The translations under genes and the position numbers were made by a program. The notes under the pieces are model-generated. The model searched no databases. It was not told the origin of the DNA and worked only from the letters and a program-made list of their open reading frames with translations. Below, in pieces: positions 1-8,179 of a stretch of DNA of 32,000 nt. The DNA lies in assembly GCA_027460535.1 (NCBI GenBank), contig JAPZAR010000014.1:1-32000 (forward strand), given 5' to 3'. The DNA comes from Candidatus Methanoperedens sp. Lineage in GTDB: Archaea > Halobacteriota > Methanosarcinia > Methanosarcinales > Methanoperedenaceae. The number at the start of each line of letters is the position of its first letter. The first letter of the stretch is position 1.

Positions 1-101
1 TAAAGCTCATAGTTGTCATGTATTATATGACAACAAAGCATATATATTTTTTGGTCGAAATTCTAATAAAAAGGTTACTGCCTTAGGAAAAATAATTTTT
101 C

Positions 102-980
102 TTAGATTTTGTTGTCAGAGGATAGGGGTAAAGTTGGGTCAATTGCTTTATTGACAGCATGATATTGATGATAGGCTGCCAATTTTTTATGAATGTCCTG
201 CCGTTCCTGTTCAAAAACTATGAAATGCCTTATCAGGTCAAGCAGTATTTTTTTATTAAACATCCCCTGGAACAGCACTTCCAGCTGAGGCATGGCTGAA
301 GGTTCGATTTCTTTTCCCTCGATCGTTTTCCAGGGCATGAACCTCTCTTTGTTGGAGGTTATTGTTCCTGCTCTTGCTTCTATTCCATCGCTGATGACCA
401 ATATCTCATTGTAAGAGAATAGCGAAGGAATCTGGGATTTGTAGGTTTCGAGTTGATTAAAAGCAGTCCAGATCGTTGCATTTTCATCAGCAGGATTTTT
501 TAATTCGATGACAACCAGAGGAAGACCGTTTATGAAAAGGATGATATCAGGTCGTCTGTTATTGTTGTTTTCAAGGATTGTGAACTGATTTACTGCAAGG
601 AACTCATTATTTTGTGGGTTTTTGAAATCGAAGAGCCAGACCTTATCATTCGTGAGCTTTCCGTCTTTTTTTCTATATTCGATATCAACGCCCTCAACCA
701 GCTTCTTATGGAAGTTCTGGTTGTTAATGATGAGCTGTGGGCTCTCTGTCCTTAATACTTTTTTTATTGCTTCTTCTCGTGCTTCTTCGGGTATGTTCGG
801 ATTAATCCTATCAACTGCATCTCTTAGCCTTTCAACCAGAACAGTATCAGAATAGCTTCGCCTTTCTGCGTTTATACCATCAGGCGCAATATCAAGACCA
901 TTTAGTATTTCATAGCCTAGTTCTGAGAGAATTTCAAGAACGCCTTCTTCAACCTCTGATTCTGTCATTCCAAAGGTCAT
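102..980 (-). CDS. hsdR: Type I restriction enzyme R subunit (HsdR), N-terminal nuclease-domain fragment; truncated before the helicase motifs
   Basis: 292-aa ORF. 'RRPDIILFINGLPLVVIELKNP' fits the HsdR N-terminal PD-(D/E)xK motif. 'AAYHQYHAVNKAI' is the segment that normally precedes the Walker A helicase motif, but a stop follows at 102-104 and no GSGKS/DEAH motifs are present. The ATG at 978-980 forms an ATGA overlap with the upstream HEPN stop; an alternative ATG lies at 966-968. Confidence 0.7.
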   Translation of the reverse strand: MTFGMTESEVEEGVLEILSELGYEILNGLDIAPDGINAERRSYSDTVLVERLRDAVDRINPNIPEEAREEAIKKVLRTESPQLIINNQNFHKKLVEGVDIEYRKKDGKLTNDKVWLFDFKNPQNNEFLAVNQFTILENNNNRRPDIILFINGLPLVVIELKNPADENATIWTAFNQLETYKSQIPSLFSYNEILVISDGIEARAGTITSNKERFMPWKTIEGKEIEPSAMPQLEVLFQGMFNKKILLDLIRHFIVFEQERQDIHKKLAAYHQYHAVNKAIDPTLPLSSDNKI

Positions 981-1414
981 ACGGTTGCTCCATATTCTTT
1001 TTCAGAAATGAAAATTCTTATTTTCTCAAGAAATTCTTTTGCAGAATCCAGGGCAGCCTTTGCCTCTTTCTCGTCAATAGCGAAATCAAGCCCATAGATT
1101 GCGTCGTGCCTGAATCTTCGGTATGAATCAAGAATATTTGCTAAGGTCTCCAATTGCGAATATTTTTCCTTTAGATAAACAGGGATACATTCATGACTCC
1201 GCTCTTTTATACCATCCCTGGAAAGGATGGCTCTTGCTGCATGAAACATGGCTGTATAACTCAAGATTGCCACGACCCTATAACGATGTATGGACATATT
1301 CTCAGCCGCATCCTCGATATTGCTCCTTGAAAGCTCAAGGGAACGAAGGGCATTTTCCATATCAGGTGTTGTTCTTTTCAGCAGACCCTTCTGGAAACAT
1401 TCTGCCATTTTCAT
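977..1414 (-). CDS. HEPN domain protein (putative toxin partner of the adjacent nucleotidyltransferase)
   Basis: 145 aa, all-helical. 'AILSYTAMFHAARAILSRDGIKERSHE' resembles classical HEPN-domain proteins paired with NTases. ATGA overlaps occur at both ends (1411-1414 with the NTase stop, 977-980 with the hsdR start). Confidence 0.7.
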   Translation of the reverse strand: MKMAECFQKGLLKRTTPDMENALRSLELSRSNIEDAAENMSIHRYRVVAILSYTAMFHAARAILSRDGIKERSHECIPVYLKEKYSQLETLANILDSYRRFRHDAIYGLDFAIDEKEAKAALDSAKEFLEKIRIFISEKEYGATV

Positions 1415-1983
1415 TTTAAACCGCTCCCATGGAGCAGGATGTGATTATCAACAATCCTTTTATAAAATGCATCACCCTTTTTTGCCATTTCTCTCCATTC
1501 TGATAATTTTAATACTGATAAGCTTACCTCTTTTTCAAGTTCATCCTCCAACCTTTTTGCTGCTTTTATGAAAATTTCTTTACTGGCGCTTGTAACTACC
1601 AGAAAATCTATGTCACTTTTTTCATCAAAATTACCTTCTGCATAGCTTCCAAAAAGGGCAAGAGAGATGATATTTGAATCAATTTCAAGGAATTTCTCTT
1701 TTGGTTTTGATGAAAGCACAAAAGCGATTCCATATGCCTTTTTCAGCGGCGCAACCATGCTATTATCAGAGTCCAGCCTGTAAATATGAGCCAGTCCTTT
1801 TTCTTCCTTCAAAAGAAGTCCGTCTTCCTCGAAGGATTTTACAGCACTGCTCACGCTTGCGGGACTGACGTTGAGCACCCTCGCAAGCTGTTTTATGTGG
1901 AAAGAGGTGTTTGGATTAGCCAGGAAATGAGCCAGGATTTTCCATTTTACATATGTTCTGAATAGTTCAATCAAATGAACCAC
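1411..1983 (-). CDS. Winged-helix-fused minimal nucleotidyltransferase (MntA-like antitoxin candidate)
   Basis: 190 aa. N-terminal wHTH-like segment 'FHIKQLARVLNVSPASVSSAVKSFEEDGLL'. C-terminal NTase signature 'LFGSYAEGNFDEKSDIDFLVV' (GS...DxD). The codon at 1981-1983 is GTG, so the start is uncertain. Confidence 0.7.
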   Translation of the reverse strand: MVHLIELFRTYVKWKILAHFLANPNTSFHIKQLARVLNVSPASVSSAVKSFEEDGLLLKEEKGLAHIYRLDSDNSMVAPLKKAYGIAFVLSSKPKEKFLEIDSNIISLALFGSYAEGNFDEKSDIDFLVVTSASKEIFIKAAKRLEDELEKEVSLSVLKLSEWREMAKKGDAFYKRIVDNHILLHGSGLK

Positions 1984-2040
1984 CGTTCATTATATTAAAC
2001 GCAAGTTCAGTATAAAAATCTATCTGCGATCATCGCAGGT

Positions 2041-2100
2041 TCAATTACCCGCCCGAATCTCGCCCGACATCAGCTTCGGGGCATCGCGGATTTGAGCAGA
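2041..2100 (-). pseudogene. Remnant of an hsdS 3' end
   Basis: The minus strand reads '...SAQIRDAPKLMSGEIRAGN*'. The intact hsdS end reads '...AALRDALLPKLMSGEIRV...'. Nucleotides 2055-2080 are identical to 2875-2900 and 2081-2090 to 2907-2916, with a 6-nt gap between the blocks. Confidence 0.65.
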
Positions 2101-2123
2101 ATTTTTCCTGTGAGGGATACAGC

Positions 2124-2519
2124 TCATAGCTCTAATAGTGTATCTTTAATCCATTTTCGCAACTGCTGGACCAGTTCCAACGCTTTCTGGCGATTGAATG
2201 GTTCTTCTTCTTCCATGGGAATGTAATCGTATCGGAATTCAACTGCAAAAGGAGAGAGGGTGCGTATTTCCATAAGCGATTCTGGAAATTTTATACCATT
2301 ATCTCTAATCAGGTCTATCAGTTCCCTCAGATCATGCGTCCTGCGGTAGGGGATATTCTTCGCCATAAGAAGGGCTTTTAGCAGCTTTTCAGCGGCTTGC
2401 TGGGCATGAAAACCAATGATCTCATCTCTGACTTTTTCGTTTGAGATGATTTCCTCAAGGAGAGTCTCATCATCTTTTGATTTCGCAAGGAGTAGCTCTG
2501 CTCTCTCAAGCGGCTCCAT
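2124..2519 (-). CDS. HEPN domain protein (partner of the upstream minimal nucleotidyltransferase)
   Basis: 'GFHAQQAAEKLLKALLMAKNIPYRRTHDLRELI' is a classical HEPN helix pair. I chose the internal ATG at 2517-2519 ('MEPLERAELL...'), which overlaps the NTase end by 14 nt, over the longer ORF start at 2612. Confidence 0.7.
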   Translation of the reverse strand: MEPLERAELLLAKSKDDETLLEEIISNEKVRDEIIGFHAQQAAEKLLKALLMAKNIPYRRTHDLRELIDLIRDNGIKFPESLMEIRTLSPFAVEFRYDYIPMEEEEPFNRQKALELVQQLRKWIKDTLLEL

Positions 2520-2823
2520 AAACCACCTTCCCTTCGACAGCTGCTTCGTAAATGACCGTTCCAGGCGCATCCTTCCATTCATTATATGATTTTTCACTGA
2601 CGACAAGCACATCTACAGGTATTCGAAGGGGACTTAACACATCCCTGAGGCGCACGGTCTCCATCCTTCGGGCTTTTATTTCTTTTTCAACAACAAGAAA
2701 ATCAAGGTCGCTGCTCTCTTTAATATCACCACGAGCATAAGAACCGAAAAGGATTATCTTGACGGGATTTGCAGCCTTTTTGAGTAGTTCGACAGCTTCC
2801 TGAATAGTTCTCTTGGATATCAT
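2506..2823 (-). CDS. Minimal nucleotidyltransferase (MNT/MntA-like)
   Basis: 105 aa. 'ILFGSYARGDIKESSDLDFLVV' is the GSxxRG...DxD polymerase-beta-type NTase signature. It starts 10 nt after the hsdS stop. Confidence 0.8.
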   Translation of the reverse strand: MISKRTIQEAVELLKKAANPVKIILFGSYARGDIKESSDLDFLVVEKEIKARRMETVRLRDVLSPLRIPVDVLVVSEKSYNEWKDAPGTVIYEAAVEGKVVYGAA

Positions 2824-2833
2824 ATTCTATCTT

Positions 2834-4129
2834 CTATTTATTTTCATTATTTAAATTACTATTTGTACTGACGCGAATCTCGCCCGACATCAGCTTCGGG
2901 AGGAGGGCATCGCGGAGCGCGGCGAGGGTGCGGGATTGTTCATCATTAGCTTGGATTTTGTTATAGATTTCCCGCATATGTTCATCGAAGACTTGCAATA
3001 TTTTAGGGGATGGAACTATCATTTTATTCATATAAACCACATTTCGATTCAATCCGGGTACAGCCGAATCTGCCCCTAATGATTGCAAATCCTGTAAGCG
3101 AAGAATATAAAAAAGATAGTATATGCTTCGAATCGCTTTGGGAACTACATAAAAAGTCGTGTCTATCGGGAAAAATGCTTTATGTGACCATGTGATTATC
3201 CCGGGATTTCCCTTTCGCCCAACCACGATCCCTGGTCCCTCAACCAATTTTTCATTATGCCAACCGATCTGACCATTTGAACCATAAACAGGTACATTTC
3301 CTTTAAGGCGATTTTCATCTTTAAGTGGTTTACCATAAGCGAGTTCTAATATCTCACCTACAGTCATAACCTTCCACCCCTTGGGCACCTCCCCAAGCTC
3401 CGTCTCCAGCATCTCCCCGCCGCTCGACCTGTAGGGTTTGCCCTCCTCATCCGGGAACTCAAAATCAACGAACCAGCGCCTGAAAAGAGCCTGCCCAATT
3501 TTTTCAAGCGTGATGTTCATATGACGGTTGAGGGCGATTTTATCGTCGAGAGAGACGAGGATTGAAGCGATGTGTTCTTGTTCTTCTAAATCTGGTAAAG
3601 GAATTGGAATTTTTTTCAATGATGTTAGCGGTTGCGCTATAGCCGGTACTCCTGTTGTGGATGTGTTCTGAAGTAACAGGTATTGTCCTTGAGATGACCT
3701 CAAAAAATAAAAAACAAAATCCGGATTAGCAATTGATTCATCGCAGCTTAGCTTCATCTGGCTTTGAGAAACAACATATCGATTATACTTACTATCAACA
3801 GGTATTATACCAACTTGTCCCAGAGTTCCTCTATGGGTGATTACAATATCTTTTGGGAAGGCATTGCTTGATTTTAAGCTATCTGCTTTTGCTTCGCTAA
3901 TAAAAACAAATTCCGCTTCATTGAATCTGTCAGAATTTAGGTTCGCTCCTCTAATAACTGGTACACCCGAAGGTAAAAAATTATTCTTTGTGATATTAGA
4001 CCCAAAAGGTCCCATAGCGATAGAATAAGGTTTTTTTCCTTTGATATCATCTATTGTTTTGACATTCCAATCTTCAGGAATCTTACCTATCTCAGTTTGT
4101 TTGAATTTGGTTTCCCTCATTTCCCTCAT
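2834..4129 (-). CDS. hsdS: Type I restriction-modification specificity subunit HsdS
   Basis: 431 aa with two variable halves. These are separated by the conserved central region 'LPDLEEQEHIASILVSLDDKIALNRHMNITLEKIGQALFRRWFVDFEFP'. The ORF ends with the conserved 'LRDALLPKLMSGEIRV'. Two in-frame ATGs (4129, 4120) arise from a 9-nt tandem duplication. Confidence 0.9.
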   Translation of the reverse strand: MREMRETKFKQTEIGKIPEDWNVKTIDDIKGKKPYSIAMGPFGSNITKNNFLPSGVPVIRGANLNSDRFNEAEFVFISEAKADSLKSSNAFPKDIVITHRGTLGQVGIIPVDSKYNRYVVSQSQMKLSCDESIANPDFVFYFLRSSQGQYLLLQNTSTTGVPAIAQPLTSLKKIPIPLPDLEEQEHIASILVSLDDKIALNRHMNITLEKIGQALFRRWFVDFEFPDEEGKPYRSSGGEMLETELGEVPKGWKVMTVGEILELAYGKPLKDENRLKGNVPVYGSNGQIGWHNEKLVEGPGIVVGRKGNPGIITWSHKAFFPIDTTFYVVPKAIRSIYYLFYILRLQDLQSLGADSAVPGLNRNVVYMNKMIVPSPKILQVFDEHMREIYNKIQANDEQSRTLAALRDALLPKLMSGEIRVSTNSNLNNENK

Positions 4130-5123
4130 TTCCGACTACTTCAAAATCTGTATAATCTATCCCTTTTGATTCGTCCAAATAAGTTTTTGCTTTAACTAAA
4201 ATTTCCCTATTGACACCCTCAACATCAATGTTACATTTAACTAATGAAATTATAGTAATTAGTTCTGCACCTGTTTCTTCCTCTTTGAAATAATCTACTG
4301 AATCTATATAATCAATAACACGTGCACTTTCAATACTGCAGTCTTTTTCATCAAATATAATTGAATTTAATTGAGATAATTCCTTAGCAATATGATCTTT
4401 AAAGTAATCATTATTTACAAAATCCAAAAATTTATTCTTTTGGATTATCGAATCATAGTCTTTATTTATTTCTTCTTTTACATAATCTACCGATGGAGTG
4501 AGGACAAAATATTTTTTGACTATAGATTCAAATTCAGAAATGCATTCATCAAAACCAGAGTCGTTAGATATCATAATTACTTTATTATAATTATCTAAGG
4601 CATTATAGTTTAATATTGACTCCCATATTAGAACATCTTTAAAACCGCTATCCGATGAATTTCCTTTTTGTTTGAAAGGAGATTTTTTATCGATTGCTCT
4701 TTTAATAATATTTTTGAAAATCTCGCTCAATTGGTCATCAGGAAATTCTATTATATTTATGTTGTTTTTTAAAATAAATTCATTTAACAATTGTTTTAAA
4801 TTCTCTGAGCAATTAAAATCGTTGCCTGGTAACGTCATTCCCACAAAAGAAGTATTTGGCAACATTGATAATCTTTCTTTAATTGAATGAAAGTCTTTAA
4901 GGTCGGTTTCATATTGTTCAATTTTTTGTTTCAATAGTTCTTCAACAACAATTCTTGGAATTGCCATTTTTACCAAATCTGCTAGCTTTACCTCTTTGAT
5001 AAAATTATTAACTTGCTCAAATTCTTCACTAAACTCAAAAGAACCATATGAAGGTTCACCTTTTACTACTGATCTTAATTTATTCGTATCAAAAACAATT
5101 AAAGTCCTTTTTTCAGAACCCAT
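4092..5123 (-). CDS. PIN-like domain protein with an uncharacterised C-terminal half, embedded in the type I R-M operon
   Basis: 343 aa. The putative PIN acidic residues occur in the expected order and context: 'LIVFDTNKL', '[11 protein letters not shown]', '[11 protein letters not shown]', '[12 protein letters not shown]'. It overlaps the hsdM stop by 11 nt and the hsdS start by 29-38 nt. It is visibly AT-rich relative to its neighbours. Confidence 0.55.
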   Translation of the reverse strand: MGSEKRTLIVFDTNKLRSVVKGEPSYGSFEFSEEFEQVNNFIKEVKLADLVKMAIPRIVVEELLKQKIEQYETDLKDFHSIKERLSMLPNTSFVGMTLPGNDFNCSENLKQLLNEFILKNNINIIEFPDDQLSEIFKNIIKRAIDKKSPFKQKGNSSDSGFKDVLIWESILNYNALDNYNKVIMISNDSGFDECISEFESIVKKYFVLTPSVDYVKEEINKDYDSIIQKNKFLDFVNNDYFKDHIAKELSQLNSIIFDEKDCSIESARVIDYIDSVDYFKEEETGAELITIISLVKCNIDVEGVNREILVKAKTYLDESKGIDYTDFEVVGNEGNEGNQIQTN

Positions 5124-6663
5124 ACCCTAACTCCGCAAGATTCTTCCTTATCTTTACCTCAAGCTCTCTTGACCTCTCAAACTGCCCCGCCAGTTCCACC
5201 GTCAGCCTCCGCATCTTCTCCTCAAAAGGCTCGCCATCCTCTTCAATTTCTTCAGCGCCCACATACCGCCCCGGAGTCAGGATATGTCCATGCTTCCTGA
5301 TTATATCCAGCTTAACTGCCATGCAGAATCCTGGCACATCCTCATATTTCCCGCCCTCCCCGCGCCAGGCATGATAGGTGGAAGCTATCTTCCCTACCTC
5401 TTCATCAGTAAGCTCCCTGTGCCTCCTGTCCACCATGACGCCCATCTTTCTGGCATCTATGAAAAGAACCTCTCCGCGCCTGTCCCTGAACTTGTGGTTT
5501 TTCTTATCCCGCGCAACGAACCACAGGCAGGCGGGTATCATTGTATTGTAGAACAACTGCGAAGGCAACGCCACCATGCAGTCAACAAGGTCAGCCTCGA
5601 TAATGTTCTTTCTTATCTCACCTTCACCCGAAGTATTGGAAGACATCGAGCCATTTGCCAGCACAAATCCTGCTATCCCTGTAGGAGATAAATGATGAAT
5701 GAAATGCTGCACCCATGCAAAGTTTGCATTGCCTGTGGGCGGAACTCCGAATTTCCATCTAATATCTCCCTTAAGAAGCTCGCCTTTCCAGTCGCTGTCA
5801 TTAAAAGGCGGATTGGCGATCACAAAATCCGCTTTCAGTTCCTTATGGGCGTCATTCAGGAAACTCCCTTCATTATTCCACTGGACATTAGCATCAATAC
5901 CACGAATAGCAAGGTTCATCTTGCACAGGCGCCAGGTGGTCTGATTGGATTCCTGCCCATAAACAGCGATATCTCCTATTCTTCCTTCGTGAGCCTTAAC
6001 GAATTTCTCACTCTGTACGAACATGCCGCCTGACCCGCAGCAAGGGTCATAGATACGTCCTTTGTAAGGTTCAAGCATCTCAACCAGGGTTTTGACTATT
6101 GACCTTGGTGTATAGAATTGTCCACCTTTCTTACCTTCTGCATCAGCGAACTGCCCTAAAAAGTATTCATATACTCGCCCCAGAATGTCTTTGGATCTGC
6201 TTTCATAATCCCCGAGACCTATCGTGCCTATAAGGTCTATCAGCTCCCCCAGCCTTTGCTTATCAAGAGCAGGCCGCGCATAATTCATGGAAGAAAGAAC
6301 ACCTTTCAGGGAAGGATTGTCTCTTTCGACAGCATCCATAGCTTCGTCTATAATTTTACCGATGGCTGGCTGCTTTGCATTTTTTTTAAGATGCTCCCAT
6401 CTCGCTTCTTTTGGAACCCAGAAAACATTTTCTGCCCGGTATTCATCCGGGTCTTCCGGGTCTGCGCCCAAATTAGATTCCTTGATTAAAAATTGGTTCC
6501 TCTCTTCGAAAGCATCGGAGATATATTTGAGGAATATCAATCCCAGAACGACATGCTTGTATTCGGCAGCATCCATATTATTTCTTAGTTTATCAGCTGC
6601 CTGCCAAAGTTTTTGTTCAAAACCCAGATTTGCCCCATTACCGTTAGGTTTGTTTGTTGCCAT
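5113..6663 (-). CDS. hsdM: Type I restriction-modification N6-adenine DNA methyltransferase HsdM
   Basis: 516 aa. HsdM N-terminal domain ('[32 protein letters not shown]'), SAM motif I '[12 protein letters not shown]' and catalytic motif IV 'FVIANPPFN'. Confidence 0.95.
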   Translation of the reverse strand: MATNKPNGNGANLGFEQKLWQAADKLRNNMDAAEYKHVVLGLIFLKYISDAFEERNQFLIKESNLGADPEDPDEYRAENVFWVPKEARWEHLKKNAKQPAIGKIIDEAMDAVERDNPSLKGVLSSMNYARPALDKQRLGELIDLIGTIGLGDYESRSKDILGRVYEYFLGQFADAEGKKGGQFYTPRSIVKTLVEMLEPYKGRIYDPCCGSGGMFVQSEKFVKAHEGRIGDIAVYGQESNQTTWRLCKMNLAIRGIDANVQWNNEGSFLNDAHKELKADFVIANPPFNDSDWKGELLKGDIRWKFGVPPTGNANFAWVQHFIHHLSPTGIAGFVLANGSMSSNTSGEGEIRKNIIEADLVDCMVALPSQLFYNTMIPACLWFVARDKKNHKFRDRRGEVLFIDARKMGVMVDRRHRELTDEEVGKIASTYHAWRGEGGKYEDVPGFCMAVKLDIIRKHGHILTPGRYVGAEEIEEDGEPFEEKMRRLTVELAGQFERSRELEVKIRKNLAELGYGF

Positions 6664-6806
6664 CTCACACCATACCCTTTTGTTTCTAATTCTCCTTCGG
6701 TGTATAATACAAAAATCACGTTGGAATAGAATTTTTCTTTATATATATTCTTCATATATCTAAAGTTTATTGGAAAATTTTAGCAACGGGAGGAGCAAGC
6801 ATAACC

Positions 6807-7004
6807 TCACCCGCCAAGACAACAGGCGAACTGATCAGACACCGCAACTAGCGCCCCCGACCAGAAGCGGCACGTCTTCAGCTCCTCAAGGAAAAAGCCC
6901 ATCTCATCAAAGTGGGCCTGGGGAGTTCGATCTCTAATGGAATATTGCAGCTCTCGGCGCGCCGGGGATTCAGATATAGCCTCATTTGTTTCATAAGGAT
7001 ACAT
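6807..7004 (-). CDS. Hypothetical protein (65 aa), weakly supported
   Basis: ORF only, in a locally GC-rich stretch 23 nt downstream of the membrane-protein gene. No recognisable motif. Confidence 0.25.
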   Translation of the reverse strand: MYPYETNEAISESPARRELQYSIRDRTPQAHFDEMGFFLEELKTCRFWSGALVAVSDQFACCLGG

Positions 7005-7027
7005 TCTGAAATCTCGATATAAAAGAC

Positions 7028-7417
7028 TTAGACTTTCTGTTTAGACTTCCAGGCGTACCAGACAATCAATGTTAGAGCCACAACTGTTGAAAGCGTCATT
7101 AGTATCTCCCCAGACAGTTTTGCCACAGTCGCAATCACGCCAATGAAAAGGACGGCAAAGACTGAGCCCACTATGATGTTTGCCCAGCGATTTATCGAAT
7201 CCTTCAAGATCAAGGACAGAAAAGCCATTATCAATGGGACTAAGAATAAGATTGCAAATAGCAGTATCAGTTCAGTTCCTATTTTCATGCCCTCTACTTC
7301 TCCAGCAATTATTCCCGCCATCACACCCGGCTCCAGAAGCGCCAATATCTGGTGAGCCAAGAAAGCCACTGCACTAAACAGCCACAGCACTGAAATCTTT
7401 ATCTTCCAATCTTCCAA
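7028..7417 (-). CDS. Small integral membrane protein (about four hydrophobic helices)
   Basis: 129 aa dominated by hydrophobic segments ('ISVLWLFSAVAFLAHQILALL', 'ELILLFAILFLVPLIMAFLSLIL', 'IIVGSVFAVLFIGVIATVA', 'TLSTVVALTLIVWYAW'). The start codon at 7415-7417 is TTG, so the start is uncertain. Confidence 0.5.
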   Translation of the reverse strand: MEDWKIKISVLWLFSAVAFLAHQILALLEPGVMAGIIAGEVEGMKIGTELILLFAILFLVPLIMAFLSLILKDSINRWANIIVGSVFAVLFIGVIATVAKLSGEILMTLSTVVALTLIVWYAWKSKQKV

Positions 7418-7728
7418 AAACCTATCACTTCTTTGAACAGTGTTTCATATGTTTGTGACATTAAGCGGTATAAGACTTTCGCGCTAAATCCATCGCTAAC
7501 GTGTATTATAAATGATTTTTCCCAAAATTACTCCTAACGACCATTATAAAAGTTCATGATATAATCGCTCAATTGGAGAAACAACAGAGAAAAGCGGTTG
7601 ATGAAGCGCAGGAAAAGATTGAACGGCTGAAGGAATTGGGGAAAGAGTGAACCTCCAGTGGTTCTTATTTCTTGCTATGCAGGATATTTAAAGCAATAAA
7701 TGAATTCTAAATAAGGAGTGATGAAATC

Positions 7729-8127
7729 ATGGCAAAAATAGAATCTAAAGCACATCCGCACGAGGAATTAATAAAAGGAGTCTATGAGCAACTGAAAATA
7801 GTACTCGAAGAATCAAAGCAAGCTATCTATGTATATCTCGATGACCACCATATGACATATAATCAAAGATTTGCATCTTTGTTAGGATACAAATCAGTCG
7901 AGGAATTGTCAAAAGTAAAAGAACCATTTATAGAAGCTTTTGTAATGGATAAAAGTCAAGAAATCCTTGTGCATGCTTACAGACATGCAATGGAAGATAA
8001 GATTGGTTCTTGTATTGAGATTTCATTAAAAAAGAAAACAGGAGAGTCAATAAATGTAAAGATAATCCTGGTGCCGATAAGTTATATGGGAGAACTGCTT
8101 GCTCTCCACTTTATATCAAAAATCTAA
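7729..8127 (+). CDS. Stand-alone PAS-like domain protein
   Basis: 132 aa. 'QAIYVYLDDHHMTYNQRFASLLGYKSVEEL' followed by '...KKKTGESINVKIILVPISYMGELLALHFI' fits the PAS alpha/beta layout. Confidence 0.5.
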   Translation: MAKIESKAHPHEELIKGVYEQLKIVLEESKQAIYVYLDDHHMTYNQRFASLLGYKSVEELSKVKEPFIEAFVMDKSQEILVHAYRHAMEDKIGSCIEISLKKKTGESINVKIILVPISYMGELLALHFISKI

Positions 8128-8179
8128 TTAAAAATTAATGGAGAAGGAATTGTGGCAGTTATATAAATTCCTTTTGAAA

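Noticed and set aside
28-117. A 90-bp MITE with perfect 10-bp terminal inverted repeats (TGACAACAAA) inserted in hsdR
   Set aside because: No target-site duplication flanks it. The 27 nt to its left do not continue an HsdR-like reading frame in any frame. The repeats are real, but a simple MITE insertion does not explain the truncation. It is kept only as part of the hsdR truncation finding.
2124-2612. Long 162-aa version of the HEPN ORF starting at 2612
   Set aside because: The first 31 codons overlap the NTase gene in another frame and encode a non-HEPN leader. The internal ATG at 2519 gives a typical 131-aa HEPN protein with a short overlap.
6287-6763. 158-aa plus-strand ORF overlapping the 5' part of hsdM
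   Set aside because: It is antisense to a confidently identified hsdM and has no recognisable motif, so it is not reported as a gene.
6905-6935. tRNA-like T-arm ('ggggagttcgatctc')
   Set aside because: The flanking bases do not form a 5-bp T-stem. No acceptor, D or anticodon arms can be drawn around it.
7516-7650. Open frame ending '...VHDIIAQLEKQQRKAVDEAQEKIERLKELGKE*' in the intergenic region upstream of the PAS gene
   Set aside because: There is no ATG, GTG or TTG start in a sensible position after the preceding in-frame stop at 7513-7515. It may be the 3' remnant of a coiled-coil gene, but this cannot be supported.
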